NCBI GenBank assembly: GCA_963697335.1
Contig: CAVONQ010000018.1
Coordinates: forward strand, 1-64,000
Source: an uncultured cyanobacterium
GTDB taxonomy: Bacteria; Cyanobacteriota; Cyanobacteriia; PCC-6307; Cyanobiaceae
DNA length: 64,000 nt
Direction of reading: 5' to 3'
The position numbers and the translations under genes were made by a program. Within the stretch, counting starts at the first letter, position 1; each line of letters starts with the position of its first letter. Below, one piece after another: positions 20,279 through 30,979 of the stretch. The notes under the pieces are model-generated. The model saw only the letters and a list, made by a program, of their open reading frames with translations. It was not told the DNA's origin and ran no database searches.

Positions 20279-20294
20279 TGATACAGGTGTACTG
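20279..20294. promoter_or_regulatory. Candidate cyanobacterial LexA (SOS) box
   Basis: TGATACA-GG-TGTACTG (reverse CAGTACA-CC-TGTATCA), close to AGTACA-N2-TGTACT; 16 nt upstream of the ATG at 20263. Confidence 0.55.
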
Positions 20295-21170
20295 GTGACC
20301 TCTGAGGATGTCAAGCCAGCCCCCAAGCTGCTGGTGCTCGGGGCAGGCTTCACCGGCAGCCGTCTGGCGGCGGCGGCAGCCCAGCGGGGCTGGACCGTCC
20401 TGACCACCGGCCGCCAGGCCCCGCGGACCCCAGACCCTGGCCAATGGCTGGCCTTCGACAGCCGGGAGGGCCTGGTGCCCGATGCCGATGCCCTGGCGGG
20501 GGTGACCCATCTGTTCGTGTCCATTCCCCCGGACGGCCAGCCCGGCGATCCGGTGCTGAGGTTGCTGGGGCCGCTGCTGGGCGAGCTGCCCCTCGCCTGG
20601 GTGGGCTATCTCTCCACCACCGGCGTCTACGGCGACAGCCGCGGCGCCTGGGTGGATGAGCAGGCACCCACCCCGGCCCGAGCCGGCCGCAGCCAGGCCC
20701 GCCTCGAGGCCGAGCAGGCTTGGCGCAGCAGCGGCCTGCCGCTGCAGATCTTCCGGCTGCCGGCGATCTATGGCCCCGGACGCACCCCTTTCCGGGCCCT
20801 GCAGGCCGGCGAAAGCCGCCTGATCCACAAGCCCGGGCAGGTGTTCTCCCGCGTCCACGTCGATGACATCGTCGGCGCGGTGCTGCACTGCCTGGCCCTG
20901 CCGGCCCCCGATCGGCCGACGCTGCTGAACGTGGCGGATGACTGCCCCTGCTCCTCCACCGAAACCCTCAGCCATGCCGCCCATCTGCTGGGCCTGCCGC
21001 TGCCGCCCCTGGAGCGCTACGAGCAGATTGAAGCCAGCCTGAGCCCGATGGCCCGCAGCTTCTGGCAGGAAAACCGCCGCGTCAGCAACCGCCGGCTCTG
21101 CCGGGAGCTGGGCTATCAACTGCGCTATCCCAGTTACCGGCAGGGCTATGGGGCGAGCTTGTCGGCATAG
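20295..21170 (+). CDS. NAD-dependent epimerase / SDR oxidoreductase
   Basis: VLGAGFTG, YLSTTGVYGD, FRLPAIYGPGR and FSRVHVDDI; start uncertain (20262-20295). Confidence 0.85.
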   Translation: MTSEDVKPAPKLLVLGAGFTGSRLAAAAAQRGWTVLTTGRQAPRTPDPGQWLAFDSREGLVPDADALAGVTHLFVSIPPDGQPGDPVLRLLGPLLGELPLAWVGYLSTTGVYGDSRGAWVDEQAPTPARAGRSQARLEAEQAWRSSGLPLQIFRLPAIYGPGRTPFRALQAGESRLIHKPGQVFSRVHVDDIVGAVLHCLALPAPDRPTLLNVADDCPCSSTETLSHAAHLLGLPLPPLERYEQIEASLSPMARSFWQENRRVSNRRLCRELGYQLRYPSYRQGYGASLSA

Positions 21171-21331
21171 GGCGATCCCACGGGATAACAACGGGTGCGA
21201 TCCTCGGGGTCACACACGAACGGGAAGCCCATTTCCCGCATCAGCAGGCCCCAGCGCAGCTGCAGCCAACCCCGGTTGAATCCCGTTCCCAGGCCATACA
21301 GAAGCAGTCCCAGCAGCAGCCAGCGCACCAT
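21146..21331 (-). CDS. Small membrane hypothetical protein (61 aa)
   Basis: MVRWLLLGLLLYGLGTGFNRGWLQLRW...; divergent from pdxA. Confidence 0.55.
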   Translation of the reverse strand: MVRWLLLGLLLYGLGTGFNRGWLQLRWGLLMREMGFPFVCDPEDRTRCYPVGSPYADKLAP

Positions 21332-22355
21332 GGGCGTCTCCCTACTCCGTTCCACATCATCCAACTCCGCTGAGGGCCATCTGGCCATGGCCCTGGGGGA
21401 TCCGGCGGGCATCGGTGCCGAGGTCACGCTCAAGGCCCTGGCCCAGCCCGAGGCGCGCGGCCTGGAGCCGGTGCTGGTGGGCTGCCGCCGCTGGCTGGAG
21501 GGCCAGTACGAGGCCCTGCAGCCCCTCAGTCGCGAGCCCCTGCGCGATCCGGCCGAGCTCGCCATGGTGGACCTGCCGCTGGAGGAGCTCGTCGCCCCGG
21601 GCCGCAGCGGCCCGGCCTGCGGGGCAGCGGGCTTCCGCTGGCTCACGGCGGCGGCTGAGCTGGTGCAGCGGGGCGGCTGCAAGGCCCTGGTGACCGCACC
21701 GATCGCCAAGGCCAGCTGGCACGCCGCCGGCCATGCCTACCCAGGCCAGACCGAGCGGCTGGCGGAGCTGGCTGGGGTGGCGGAGGCCTCGATGCTGTTC
21801 ACCGCCCGCGCCCCGCAGGGCCACTGGCGGCTCAACACGCTGCTGGCCACCACCCACATCCCCCTGGCCGCCGTGCCGGCCAGCCTCGATCCGGCCCGGG
21901 TGCAGCGCAAGCTCGACCAGCTGCTGGCCTTTTGCCAGCGCTTCTCAACCCGGCCGCAGCTGGTGGTGGCCGGCCTGAATCCCCATGCCGGCGAGGCCGG
22001 CCAGCTGGGGCAGGAGGAGGTGGCCTGGCTCAACGACACCCTCAGCCAGTGGCAGGCCGGCCATCCGGAGGCGGAGCTGCTGGGCCCGCTGCCCCCGGAC
22101 ACCTGCTGGTTGAGTGCAGCGGAGGCCTGGCAGCAGGGCACTCCCGGACCGGACGGCTACCTGGCCCTGTACCACGATCAGGGCCTTATTCCGGTGAAGC
22201 TGCTGGCCTTCGACGCGGCGGTGAACACCACCCTGGGCCTGCCGTTTCTGCGCACCTCACCAGACCACGGCACGGGTTTCGCGATCGCCGGCCAGGGGGT
22301 GGCCCGGGCCGCCAGCATGGCGGCCGCGATCAGCACGGCCCTGGAGCTGGGCTGA
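21330..22355 (+). CDS. pdxA: 4-hydroxythreonine-4-phosphate dehydrogenase
   Basis: GDPAGIGAE, TAPIAK, GLNPHAGE, YHDQGLIPVK and RTSPDHGTGF. Confidence 0.93.
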   Translation: MGVSLLRSTSSNSAEGHLAMALGDPAGIGAEVTLKALAQPEARGLEPVLVGCRRWLEGQYEALQPLSREPLRDPAELAMVDLPLEELVAPGRSGPACGAAGFRWLTAAAELVQRGGCKALVTAPIAKASWHAAGHAYPGQTERLAELAGVAEASMLFTARAPQGHWRLNTLLATTHIPLAAVPASLDPARVQRKLDQLLAFCQRFSTRPQLVVAGLNPHAGEAGQLGQEEVAWLNDTLSQWQAGHPEAELLGPLPPDTCWLSAAEAWQQGTPGPDGYLALYHDQGLIPVKLLAFDAAVNTTLGLPFLRTSPDHGTGFAIAGQGVARAASMAAAISTALELG

Positions 22356-22357
22356 AC

Positions 22358-22846
22358 TCAGGCGGGCTTGACGCGCATCAGCACCTGGCCGAACTCCACC
22401 GGCGTGCCGTTCTCCACCAGGATCTCCACCACCTCGCCGCTCACCTCAGCTTCCAGCTCGTTCATGAGCTTCATGGCCTCCAGGATGCAGATGGTCTGAC
22501 CCACCTTGATGCGGGCTCCCAGGGCCACGAAGTTCGGCTCGCCAGGAGCGGGGGCGCTGTAGAAGGTGGCCACCATCGGCGCGGTGATCTCCACCAGGTC
22601 GCTGCGGCTGGCCGCCGCGGCCGGAGGGGGGGTGGAGGGGCCCGGCGGCCCTGGCTGGGCTGCGGCCGCCGCTGCGGCGACCGGGGCCGGCGGCTGCACC
22701 GGAGCTGGCAGCGGAGCCGGGGCGAGGCTGGGCAGGTTGCGGCGCACCTCCAGCCGGAAATCGTCGCCCTCCAGCTTGAACTCCTGGATGTCACTGTCAC
22801 CCAGCAGGGCCAGGAGCTGTTGGAGCTGGTCGTGATCGAGCTGCAT
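22358..22846 (-). CDS. accB: Acetyl-CoA carboxylase biotin carboxyl carrier protein
   Basis: ILEAMKLMNE biotinylation motif; Pro/Ala linker. Confidence 0.95.
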   Translation of the reverse strand: MQLDHDQLQQLLALLGDSDIQEFKLEGDDFRLEVRRNLPSLAPAPLPAPVQPPAPVAAAAAAAQPGPPGPSTPPPAAAASRSDLVEITAPMVATFYSAPAPGEPNFVALGARIKVGQTICILEAMKLMNELEAEVSGEVVEILVENGTPVEFGQVLMRVKPA

Positions 22847-22851
22847 GGGGG

Positions 22852-23412
22852 TCAGGTCTCGCGGCCGAGATAGCTGTCGCTGCGGGTGTCGATCTTGATC
22901 TTCTCGCCGATCGAGAGGAACAGCGGCACCATCACCTGGGCGCCGGTTTCAACGATGGCGGGCTTGGTGCCGCCGGTGGCCGTGTCGCCCTTGACGCCAG
23001 GATCGGTCTGGGTGATCTCCAGCACCACCGAGTTGGGCAGCTCCACCTCCAGGGGCTTGCCGTTCCAGGACACCACGTTCACCTCCATGCCCTCCTTGAG
23101 GTATTTGCGGCTGTCACCGATCTGCTTGGCCGTGAGCCGCGTCTCCTCGTAGCTGGCCATGTCCATGAACACGAAGTCGTCGCCCTCCATGTAGGTGTGC
23201 TGGAGGGTGCTCTTCTCCAGCACGGCCTGGGGCAGCATCTCGCCGGCGCGGAAGGTCTTCTCCACCACGTTGCCGCTCTGCACGGCCTTGAGCTTGGTGC
23301 GCACGAACGCTGAGCCCTTGCCGGGCTTCACATGCAGGAACTCAACGACCCGCCAGACCTGGCCATCCAGCTCGATCGATGTTCCGGTACGAAAGTCGTT
23401 GCTGGAGATCAT
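22852..23412 (-). CDS. efp: Elongation factor P
   Basis: [24 protein letters not shown] and [17 protein letters not shown]. Confidence 0.97.
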   Translation of the reverse strand: MISSNDFRTGTSIELDGQVWRVVEFLHVKPGKGSAFVRTKLKAVQSGNVVEKTFRAGEMLPQAVLEKSTLQHTYMEGDDFVFMDMASYEETRLTAKQIGDSRKYLKEGMEVNVVSWNGKPLEVELPNSVVLEITQTDPGVKGDTATGGTKPAIVETGAQVMVPLFLSIGEKIKIDTRSDSYLGRET

Positions 23413-23535
23413 TCCGGCGGATCGGATCTGGCGGATTGTACGGCTGGCTACCGGCCCCTCCCCCAAACCTTCTCTGCAGGCGGGGCCGGGCTCGGAAAGG
23501 CTGTGCCAAAGTCCGACCAGCAGGAAGTCGCTGTG

Positions 23536-24627
23536 ATGGCCGCACCGTGGATCCACCGGGCCGTGGCTCGCGCCATGGCATGGGCCGTGGCCCTGTTGCT
23601 GGCACTCCCCCTGCAGGCCTGGCCCGCCGCGGCGGCCCTGCCTGGGGGGAACGCGGTGAAGGATCCGGCGGCCATCCTGCGCAATGCCCTGCCGGTGGAG
23701 GCCCCCGCCCTGCAGAGCCTGCAGCACCGGCTCGAGGACACCAGCACCGACCTGCGGGCCAAGCGCTGGTCGGCCCTCAACGGCACCGTGCGCCGCAGCC
23801 AGTCGCAGCTGAGCAGTCGCCGCAAGGAGATTCAGGACGGCTTCGAGGCCGGCCAGCTGGAGCAGGCCTCAGCGCTGCTGGACCAACTGGAGGGCGACCT
23901 TCAGACCCTGGCCAGTGCGGCCGAAGTCCAGGACCGGGACCGCTTCCTGGACGCCCGCCGTCAGGCCCTGGCCACGATCGGCGCGGCCGAGGACCTCCTG
24001 GTGGGTCCCTTCCCGTTCACCATTCCCGACGAGTTCGACGCCCTGCCGCGTCTGCTGGGGCGGGCCACCGTGGAGATCAGCACCAGCCGGGGGCCCCTGG
24101 TGGCCGTGGTCGACGGCTACAACGCCCCCCTCACGGCCGGTGCCTTTGTGGATCTGGCCCTGAAGGGCTTCTACGACGGCCTGCCCTTCACCCGCGCAGA
24201 AGACTTCTACGTGCTCCAGACCGGCGATCCGGAAGGACCGCTGGACGGCTACACGGATCCAGCCACTAAGCAGGTGCGGCGGGTGCCCCTGGAGATCAAG
24301 ATCCCCGGCGAGCCCGTCCCCTTCTACGGCCAGACCTTCGAGGATCTGGGTCGCTACAAGGCCGAGGCGGTGCTGCCCTTTGCCACCCTGGGCACCATGG
24401 GCTGGGCCCATTCCGACCAGAGCCTCAACGATGGCTCCTCCCAGTTCTTCTTTTTTCTCTACGAAGCGGAGCTCACCCCGGCGGGCCTGAACCTGGTGGA
24501 TGGCCGCTATGCCGCCTTCGGCTATGTGGTGGAGGGCTTCGACGTGCTGGAGGAGCTGGGGGTGGACGACGTGATCGAGCGGGTGCGGGTGGTGGACGGG
24601 GCCGAGAACCTTCAGCCCCACGGCTGA
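23536..24627 (+). CDS. Cyclophilin-type peptidyl-prolyl isomerase (thylakoid TLP40/CYP38-like)
   Basis: Signal peptide, helical domain, [23 protein letters not shown] and [13 protein letters not shown]. Confidence 0.88.
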   Translation: MAAPWIHRAVARAMAWAVALLLALPLQAWPAAAALPGGNAVKDPAAILRNALPVEAPALQSLQHRLEDTSTDLRAKRWSALNGTVRRSQSQLSSRRKEIQDGFEAGQLEQASALLDQLEGDLQTLASAAEVQDRDRFLDARRQALATIGAAEDLLVGPFPFTIPDEFDALPRLLGRATVEISTSRGPLVAVVDGYNAPLTAGAFVDLALKGFYDGLPFTRAEDFYVLQTGDPEGPLDGYTDPATKQVRRVPLEIKIPGEPVPFYGQTFEDLGRYKAEAVLPFATLGTMGWAHSDQSLNDGSSQFFFFLYEAELTPAGLNLVDGRYAAFGYVVEGFDVLEELGVDDVIERVRVVDGAENLQPHG

Positions 24628-24639
24628 GGAGCGAACCCC

Positions 24640-25674
24640 ATGGGCCGCGGCCGTGATCCCGCCCTGGCCGAGTTGGGTGAAGCGGAGCTGATCCGCCGCC
24701 TGGGGGCCTTCGCGCCGCCGGGCCAGTTCCAGGACGACGGGGCCATCCTGGCGGCCAGGGGCCCGCTGGTGCTCAACACCGACGTGCTGGTGGAGGGCCG
24801 GCACTTCAGTGACGCCACCACCGAGCCTTTTGACGCGGGCTGGCGCGCCGCCGCCGCCAACCTCTCCGATCTGGCCGCCATGGGCTGCACCGACGCCCTC
24901 GGGATCACCGTGGGGCTGGTGGCCCCGGCCCAGACCCCCTGGTCATGGGTGCAGGGGGTGTACGAGGGGCTGCAGGCCTGCCTGGAGGCCCATGGGGCTG
25001 GCGCCATCCTGGGCGGCGATTGCAGCGGCGGCGAACAGCGGATTCTGGCGGTGAGTGCGGTGGGTGAGCTGGCCACGGCTGCCGGGGCAGGAGCTGGCGG
25101 CGACGCGATCCGCCGCGGCGCCGGCCAGCCCGGCGATGTGTTGATCGGCACCGGCCCCCATGGGCTCAGTCGCCTCGGCCTGGCCCTGCTGCAGGGAACT
25201 CTGGCGCCGGGGCTGCGGGATGGTCTTGACCCCGATCTGGTGGCCCGGGCCCGGGCCGCCCACCGCAGACCCCGGGCCCGTTTCGATGCCGTGCGATCCC
25301 TGCGGGCCTCCAGGCCGGCAGCCTGCCCCTGGCGGGTGGGCGGCACCGACAGCAGCGACGGCCTGGCCGTGGCCGTGGAGGCCCTGGCCAGTGCCAGTGG
25401 CTGCCAGGCCGTGCTGGAGCGGAGCGCCCTACCCCTCGATCCGGCCATGGCAGGACTGGATCAGGCAGTGGCCTGGTGCCTCACTGGCGGCGAAGACTTC
25501 GAGCTGGTGCTGGCCCTGACACCGCCCTGGGCGGCAGCCCTGGCGGCGGCGCTGCCAGGGGCAGTGCCCCTGGGGGTGCTGCGCAGCAGGTTACGAAGCG
25601 AGGCCAGGCTGATCTGGCAGGACGGCATCGCAGTGAATGCAGGCGAAGCCGCCTACCGCCACTTCCAGGCCTAG
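24640..25674 (+). CDS. thiL: Thiamine-monophosphate kinase
   Basis: GEAELI, TDVLVEGRHF, ANLSDLAAMG, DSSDGL and GGEDFEL. Confidence 0.92.
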   Translation: MGRGRDPALAELGEAELIRRLGAFAPPGQFQDDGAILAARGPLVLNTDVLVEGRHFSDATTEPFDAGWRAAAANLSDLAAMGCTDALGITVGLVAPAQTPWSWVQGVYEGLQACLEAHGAGAILGGDCSGGEQRILAVSAVGELATAAGAGAGGDAIRRGAGQPGDVLIGTGPHGLSRLGLALLQGTLAPGLRDGLDPDLVARARAAHRRPRARFDAVRSLRASRPAACPWRVGGTDSSDGLAVAVEALASASGCQAVLERSALPLDPAMAGLDQAVAWCLTGGEDFELVLALTPPWAAALAAALPGAVPLGVLRSRLRSEARLIWQDGIAVNAGEAAYRHFQA

Positions 25675-25721
25675 GCGTATCGGGATGGCGAGGGCCAGGT
25701 GCGGGCTTGGACCGGCTGGGC

Positions 25722-26744
25722 TCACTTCCAGTGGCGCGCCACGATCTCGGCCAGGTCCACCACCCGCTGGCTGTAGCCCCACTCGTTGTCGTACCAGCAG
25801 ATCACCTTCACCATGTTGTCGCCCATCACCAGGGTGAGGTCGGAATCGACGATGGTCGACTCATTGGTGCCGGCATGGTCGCTGGAAACCAGCGGCAGAT
25901 CGGAGTACTTGATGATCCCCTTCATGCCGTTCTCGGAGGCGGCCTTGAGGGTGGCGTTCACTTCCTCGCGGCTGGTGCCGCGGCTCACTTCCAGCACCAG
26001 GTCCACCACCGACACGTTGGGGGTGGGGACCCGCAGGGCGATGCCGTTGAGCTTGCCCTTCATCGGCGGGTACACCAGAGCCACGGCCTTGGCGGCACCG
26101 GTGCTGGTGGGCACGATGTTGATGGCGGCGGCCCGGGCCCGACGCAGGTCGCGGTGGGAGGCGTCGAGAATGCGCTGGTCACCTGTGTAGCTGTGGGTGG
26201 TGGTCATCGTGCCCTTGACGATGCCAAAAGCCTGGTCAAGGGTTTTGACGATCGGCGCCAGGCAGTTGGTGGTGCAGCTGGCGTTGGACACGATGTCCCA
26301 GTCTTCATGGCGGTACTCGGAGTCGTTCACCCCCACCACGAAGGTGCCCACGCCGTCACCCTTGCCAGGAGCTGTGATCAACACCTTGCTGGCCCCCGCC
26401 TGCAGGTGCTTGCCGGCACCGTCCTTGTCGATGAACACCCCGGTGGATTCGATCACCAGATCCACGCCCCACTCCTTCCAGGGCAGGTTGAGGGGGTTGC
26501 GATCGGAGAAGCACTTGATCGTCTTGCCGTTGACGATGATGGCGTCGTCGGTATAGCTCACCTCCGCATCACGAATGTGACCCAGCATCGAGTCATACTG
26601 GAGGAGGTGGGAATTCGTCCTCGGATCGGAGGTGTCGTTGAGCCCCACCACCTCGATGCCTGTGTCAGCACCACGGCTGAGCCAGCAGCGCATGAAGTTG
26701 CGACCAATACGGCCGAATCCATTGATCGCAACTTTCAATGTCAT
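25722..26744 (-). CDS. gap2: Glyceraldehyde-3-phosphate dehydrogenase (Gap2 type)
   Basis: [38 protein letters not shown] and WYDNEWGYS. Confidence 0.93.
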   Translation of the reverse strand: MTLKVAINGFGRIGRNFMRCWLSRGADTGIEVVGLNDTSDPRTNSHLLQYDSMLGHIRDAEVSYTDDAIIVNGKTIKCFSDRNPLNLPWKEWGVDLVIESTGVFIDKDGAGKHLQAGASKVLITAPGKGDGVGTFVVGVNDSEYRHEDWDIVSNASCTTNCLAPIVKTLDQAFGIVKGTMTTTHSYTGDQRILDASHRDLRRARAAAINIVPTSTGAAKAVALVYPPMKGKLNGIALRVPTPNVSVVDLVLEVSRGTSREEVNATLKAASENGMKGIIKYSDLPLVSSDHAGTNESTIVDSDLTLVMGDNMVKVICWYDNEWGYSQRVVDLAEIVARHWK

Positions 26745-26869
26745 GGCAAAAAGCGGTAGAACCCGCTCGGCAAGGGGGATTTGGCTGCCGATCATACAGA
26801 AATCCTCTCCACCCCCCCCTCTGTCCAGGGGCCCCGGCGGGACCCTGGACAGAGATTCAGGATCTCGTA

Positions 26870-28369
26870 ATGGCGCGAGACCCCCTGGCTGGACTAACTT
26901 CCGCGCAGCAGCCTCCCGGTGCGGAGCCCACCTTGATCCCCCAGCTTGATCGCCACCAACCTCTGCACTTCATCGGGGTCGGAGGCATCGGCATGTCGGC
27001 CCTGGCGGGCATCCTGGCAGAGAGGGGCTATGTGGTGAGCGGCTCCGATCCCCGCGACAACGCCGTGCTCACCTGCCTGAGGCGCCACGGCGTGCGGGTG
27101 TTCCAGGAGCAGACCGGGGCCACCGTGGCGGCCATCTGTGCTGACGCCGGCTGTCCGCCCCAGGTGGTGATCAGCACCGCAGTTCCTGAGACCAATGCCG
27201 AGCTGATGGAGGCCCGCCGGGCCGGGTTGGCGGTCTGCCATCGCTCCGACGTGCTCGCCGCCCTGATCCGCGATCAGGAGACGATCGCCGTCGCCGGCAG
27301 CCATGGCAAGACCACCACCAGCAGCCTGATCGCCACCCTGCTGGCCGCTTCGGGGCAGGACCCCACCGCCGTGATCGGGGGCATCGTCCCCGCCTTCGCC
27401 AGCAACGGCCGCCACGGCCGCGGCCGGCTGCTGGTGGCGGAAGCGGATGAATCCGATGGTTCGCTGGTGAAATTCACCCCGAGCCTCGGGGTGCTGACCA
27501 ACCTCGAACTCGATCACACCGACCATTACCCCGATCTCGAAGCCCTGATCACCACGCTGCGACAGTTCGCCGCAGGCTCCCGTCGACTGCTGGCCAATCG
27601 CGACTGCGTCATCCTGCGGGAGCACTTCGAGGCCGACCACTGGTGGTCCACCACCCGGGCCGAGGGCGTGGACTTCGCCGGACTGGCCATCGAAGAGCGC
27701 GGTGACGGCACCACGGCCGAGTTCTACGAGCAGGGCCAGCCAGTGGGTCAGCTGCAGCTGCCCCTGCCGGGCCGCCACAACCTCAGCAACGCCGTGGCCG
27801 CCGTGGCCGCGTGCCGCCTGGAAGGGGTCGGCTTCGCCGAACTGCAGCGGGCCGTGGCCGAGCTCAAGCCCCCCGGCCGTCGCTTCGACTTCCGCGGCAC
27901 CTGGCACGGCCGCCTGGTGGTGGATGACTACGCCCACCACCCCAGTGAGGTGGCGGCCACCCTGGCGATGGCCCGGCTGATGGTGCAGAGCGGCTGCAGT
28001 CCGTTGCCGGAGCCGCCCCGGCGGGTGATCGCGGTGTTCCAGCCCCACCGCTATTCGCGCACGGCCCAGTTCATGGCCGGCTTCGCCGACGCCCTCCGCG
28101 AGGCCGACACCGTGGTGATCGCGCCTCTCTACGCAGCGGGTGAGGCGCCGATCGATGGGGTGAGCAGCCTGGTGCTGGCCGAAGCGGTGCGGGGCCTGGC
28201 CCCCGAGCTGCCGGTGCTGGTGGCCGAGAGCCTCGACGACCTGGCCAGCCAGGTGGCCGCCTGCAGCCTGGCTGGGGATCTGGTGCTGGCGATGGGCGCC
28301 GGTGATGTGAATGGCCTCTGGGACAGGCTCAGCCAACTGCGGGGCCAGGCCCTGGAGCTGGCGGCCTGA
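26870..28369 (+). CDS. murC: UDP-N-acetylmuramate--L-alanine ligase
   Basis: [30 protein letters not shown] and DDYAHHPSE; start approximate. Confidence 0.95.
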   Translation: MARDPLAGLTSAQQPPGAEPTLIPQLDRHQPLHFIGVGGIGMSALAGILAERGYVVSGSDPRDNAVLTCLRRHGVRVFQEQTGATVAAICADAGCPPQVVISTAVPETNAELMEARRAGLAVCHRSDVLAALIRDQETIAVAGSHGKTTTSSLIATLLAASGQDPTAVIGGIVPAFASNGRHGRGRLLVAEADESDGSLVKFTPSLGVLTNLELDHTDHYPDLEALITTLRQFAAGSRRLLANRDCVILREHFEADHWWSTTRAEGVDFAGLAIEERGDGTTAEFYEQGQPVGQLQLPLPGRHNLSNAVAAVAACRLEGVGFAELQRAVAELKPPGRRFDFRGTWHGRLVVDDYAHHPSEVAATLAMARLMVQSGCSPLPEPPRRVIAVFQPHRYSRTAQFMAGFADALREADTVVIAPLYAAGEAPIDGVSSLVLAEAVRGLAPELPVLVAESLDDLASQVAACSLAGDLVLAMGAGDVNGLWDRLSQLRGQALELAA

Positions 28370-28373
28370 ACGG

Positions 28374-29273
28374 ATGACCTCCAGCCTCAGCCCGCTGCCC
28401 GCCCTGCGCCAGGCCACCGACCTGCGACCCTTCACCACCTGGAAGGTGGGGGGGCCTGCCGAATGGTTTGCCGAACCCTCCTCCGACGCGGAACTGGCGG
28501 CCCTGGCGGCCTGGGCCTGGGGGCAGGGGCTGGCCCTGCGCTGCATCGGGGCGGGCTCGAACCTGCTGATCGCCGATGCGGGACTGGCTGGCCTCACCCT
28601 CTGCAACCGGCGCTTGCAGGGCTCCAGCCTAAATGGCTCCAGTGGCTGGGTAGAGGCTGCCGCCGGCGAACCGATCCCCACCCTGGCGCGCAAGGCGGCC
28701 AGGGTGGGGCTGAGCGGCCTGGAGTGGGCGGTGGGCATCCCGGGCACGGTGGGAGGGGCCGTCGTGATGAATGCCGGCGCCCAAGGGGGCTGCACTGCTG
28801 AGTGGCTGCACTCCGTGCGCGTCCTCGACCCGGCCCGGCCCGACCGGGTGGTGGAACTCGAGGCCACGGAGCTGGACCTGGCCTACCGGCACAGCAGGCT
28901 CCAACAGGAGCCCTGGATCGTGCTGTCGGCCCGCTTTCGGCTTCAGCCCGGCCATGACCCCGCCGTGGTCAGCCAGCGCACCAGTGCCAACCTGCACAGC
29001 CGCACCAGCACCCAGCCCTACCAGCAGCCGAGCTGCGGCAGTGTGTTTCGCAATCCTGAGCCCGACAAGGCCGGTCGGCTGATCGAGGGGCTGGGCCTCA
29101 AGGGCCTGCGCATCGGCGATGCGGAGGTCTCCAGGATCCATGCCAATTTCATCGTCAATGCGGGCGAGGCCCGCGCCGCCGACATCGACGCCCTGATCGC
29201 GGAGGTGCAGAGCCGGGTGCTGGAGCGCCACGGCATCGCCCTGCATCCCGAGGTGAAGCGGCTGGGCTTCTAG
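28374..29273 (+). CDS. murB: UDP-N-acetylenolpyruvoylglucosamine reductase
   Basis: [34 protein letters not shown] and HANFIVN. Confidence 0.95.
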   Translation: MTSSLSPLPALRQATDLRPFTTWKVGGPAEWFAEPSSDAELAALAAWAWGQGLALRCIGAGSNLLIADAGLAGLTLCNRRLQGSSLNGSSGWVEAAAGEPIPTLARKAARVGLSGLEWAVGIPGTVGGAVVMNAGAQGGCTAEWLHSVRVLDPARPDRVVELEATELDLAYRHSRLQQEPWIVLSARFRLQPGHDPAVVSQRTSANLHSRTSTQPYQQPSCGSVFRNPEPDKAGRLIEGLGLKGLRIGDAEVSRIHANFIVNAGEARAADIDALIAEVQSRVLERHGIALHPEVKRLGF

Positions 29274-29323
29274 GCCGGCGCCGAGGGTGCCACCCTTAGC
29301 CTGGTCGCTGCTTTTGAAACGGC

Positions 29324-29665
29324 ATGGCCGGCTTCGGACTCCCCAACTTCGGTCAGCTCACTGAGGCCTTCAAGAAGGCCCAGGAACTCCAGCAGAACGC
29401 CCAGAAGCTCCAGGAGGAGCTAGATGCGATGGAGCTGGAGGGCAGCAGCGCCGATGGGCGGGCCAGCGTGTGGCTCTCCGGCAACCAGCAGCCCCTGAAG
29501 GTGCGGCTGGCGCCGGAGCTGCTGGCCGATGGTGTCGAGGCCTGCGAAACCGCCGTGCTCGAAGCCCTGCAAGCCGCCTACACCAATTCCACCGGCACCA
29601 TGAAGGGCCGCATGGAGGAACTCACCGGCGGCCTGAATCTCAACCTGCCGGGGCTGGGGGCCTAG
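29324..29665 (+). CDS. YbaB/EbfC nucleoid-associated protein
   Basis: [19 protein letters not shown]...SGNQQP...[10 protein letters not shown]. Confidence 0.9.
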   Translation: MAGFGLPNFGQLTEAFKKAQELQQNAQKLQEELDAMELEGSSADGRASVWLSGNQQPLKVRLAPELLADGVEACETAVLEALQAAYTNSTGTMKGRMEELTGGLNLNLPGLGA

Positions 29666-29670
29666 GGACC

Positions 29671-30732
29671 TCAGGGCTGGCCGGGGCCCCGGTCCTCCCG
29701 TTCTTCCTGCTGGCGCTGGCTGCGACGGGAGCTGCGCCGGTATCGGGCTGGGAGTCGCGGTTCCAGCCGGCCCCCACGGCAGTGCAGACCAGCAGGATCC
29801 GGGCTGGGCGCAGGGGCACGCTCGAGATCCTGCCGCAAATCGTCGAGGCAATGGCGGTAGAGGGGCCAACGGTCCCACGCCGTGCCCACCGCACAGCCCG
29901 GTTCCCCCTCGTGCAGGCAGTTGCTGAAGCGGCAGGAGCCGGCGCGGGCCAGAGCGGCACGCACCTCCGGGAAGAGGGCCCCGAGGGCGGCAAGGTCCCC
30001 CGGCAGGCGCGGGCGATTGAAGCCCGGGGTGTCGGCCACCAGGGCACCGGGGGCCAGGCTGAACAACTCCACGTGGCGAGTGGTGTGGCGGCCCCGCTGC
30101 AGCCGCCCTGAAACGGCCGCCACGCGCAGATCCAGGGCCGGCAGCAGGGCGTTGAGCAGGCTGCTCTTGCCCACCCCGGACGGCCCACAGATCACGGCGA
30201 TCCCAGGTTGCTCGAGTTGCTGTCGCAGGGCATCAAGCCCCTGCCCTGTGGTGGTCGCCACGGCCATGGGCGCGTAGCCCCAGCCCTGCAAGCGCCGGCA
30301 CCAGTCCGCCACCGCAGCGGCGGGCAGCAGGTCGGCCTTGGAGAGCACCGGCAGCACGGGGGCGCCGCTGGCCTCGGCCGTGATCAGAAAGCGGCTGAGC
30401 TGCAGCGGATCGGGCAGCGGCTCCGCCAGGGCCACGACCACCACGATGCGGCTCACATTGGCCACGGCGGGGCGCTCCAGCTGGCTGCTGCGGGGAAGCA
30501 CGGCCGCCACGGCACCGCGTCCGGCCCGCCAGTCGATGCCCTCGACCCGCACCCGATCCCCCACACAGATGCTCTGACCACGCTTGGCCAGGCGGGTGCG
30601 GCGGGTGCAGAGCAGCTGGTCGATGCTCCCGGGGCCGGGCCCCTCCAGCGCCACGCTGCAGTAGTTGGCCTGCAGGGCCATCACCAGTCCATGGACCGCC
30701 TCGCTGACGCCGGCCGCGGCCTCAGGCCCCAT
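29671..30732 (-). CDS. rsgA: Ribosome small subunit-dependent GTPase A
   Basis: SKADL, GPSGVGKSSLLN, RGRHTT, DTPGF and CRFSNCLHEGEPGC; start uncertain. Confidence 0.92.
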   Translation of the reverse strand: MGPEAAAGVSEAVHGLVMALQANYCSVALEGPGPGSIDQLLCTRRTRLAKRGQSICVGDRVRVEGIDWRAGRGAVAAVLPRSSQLERPAVANVSRIVVVVALAEPLPDPLQLSRFLITAEASGAPVLPVLSKADLLPAAAVADWCRRLQGWGYAPMAVATTTGQGLDALRQQLEQPGIAVICGPSGVGKSSLLNALLPALDLRVAAVSGRLQRGRHTTRHVELFSLAPGALVADTPGFNRPRLPGDLAALGALFPEVRAALARAGSCRFSNCLHEGEPGCAVGTAWDRWPLYRHCLDDLRQDLERAPAPSPDPAGLHCRGGRLEPRLPARYRRSSRRSQRQQEEREDRGPGQP

Positions 30733-30976
30733 GGCGGCAAACCAGCAGGCGGATGGCGCCTTGCTCAGCCTCGGGATGGGGAACCGCCTCCACAGTATGG
30801 CCCTGCTGCCGCAGACCGGCGCTCACCTGCTCCTCCGCTTCGCCGCGGTCGAGCTCCAGCTGCAGCCAGGCACCTGGCTCAAGGCCTTCGAGGGCCAGTC
30901 GGGCCCTGATGAAGTTGAGCGGGCAGGGAGTGCCGCGAAGATCGAGCTGGAGGCTGGCTGGCGGGGTGGGCGGCAC
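30722..30976 (-). CDS. TusA/SirA-family sulfur carrier
   Basis: LDLRGTPCPLNFIRARLALE. Confidence 0.85.
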   Translation of the reverse strand: MPPTPPASLQLDLRGTPCPLNFIRARLALEGLEPGAWLQLELDRGEAEEQVSAGLRQQGHTVEAVPHPEAEQGAIRLLVCRHGA

Positions 30977-30979
30977 GGC

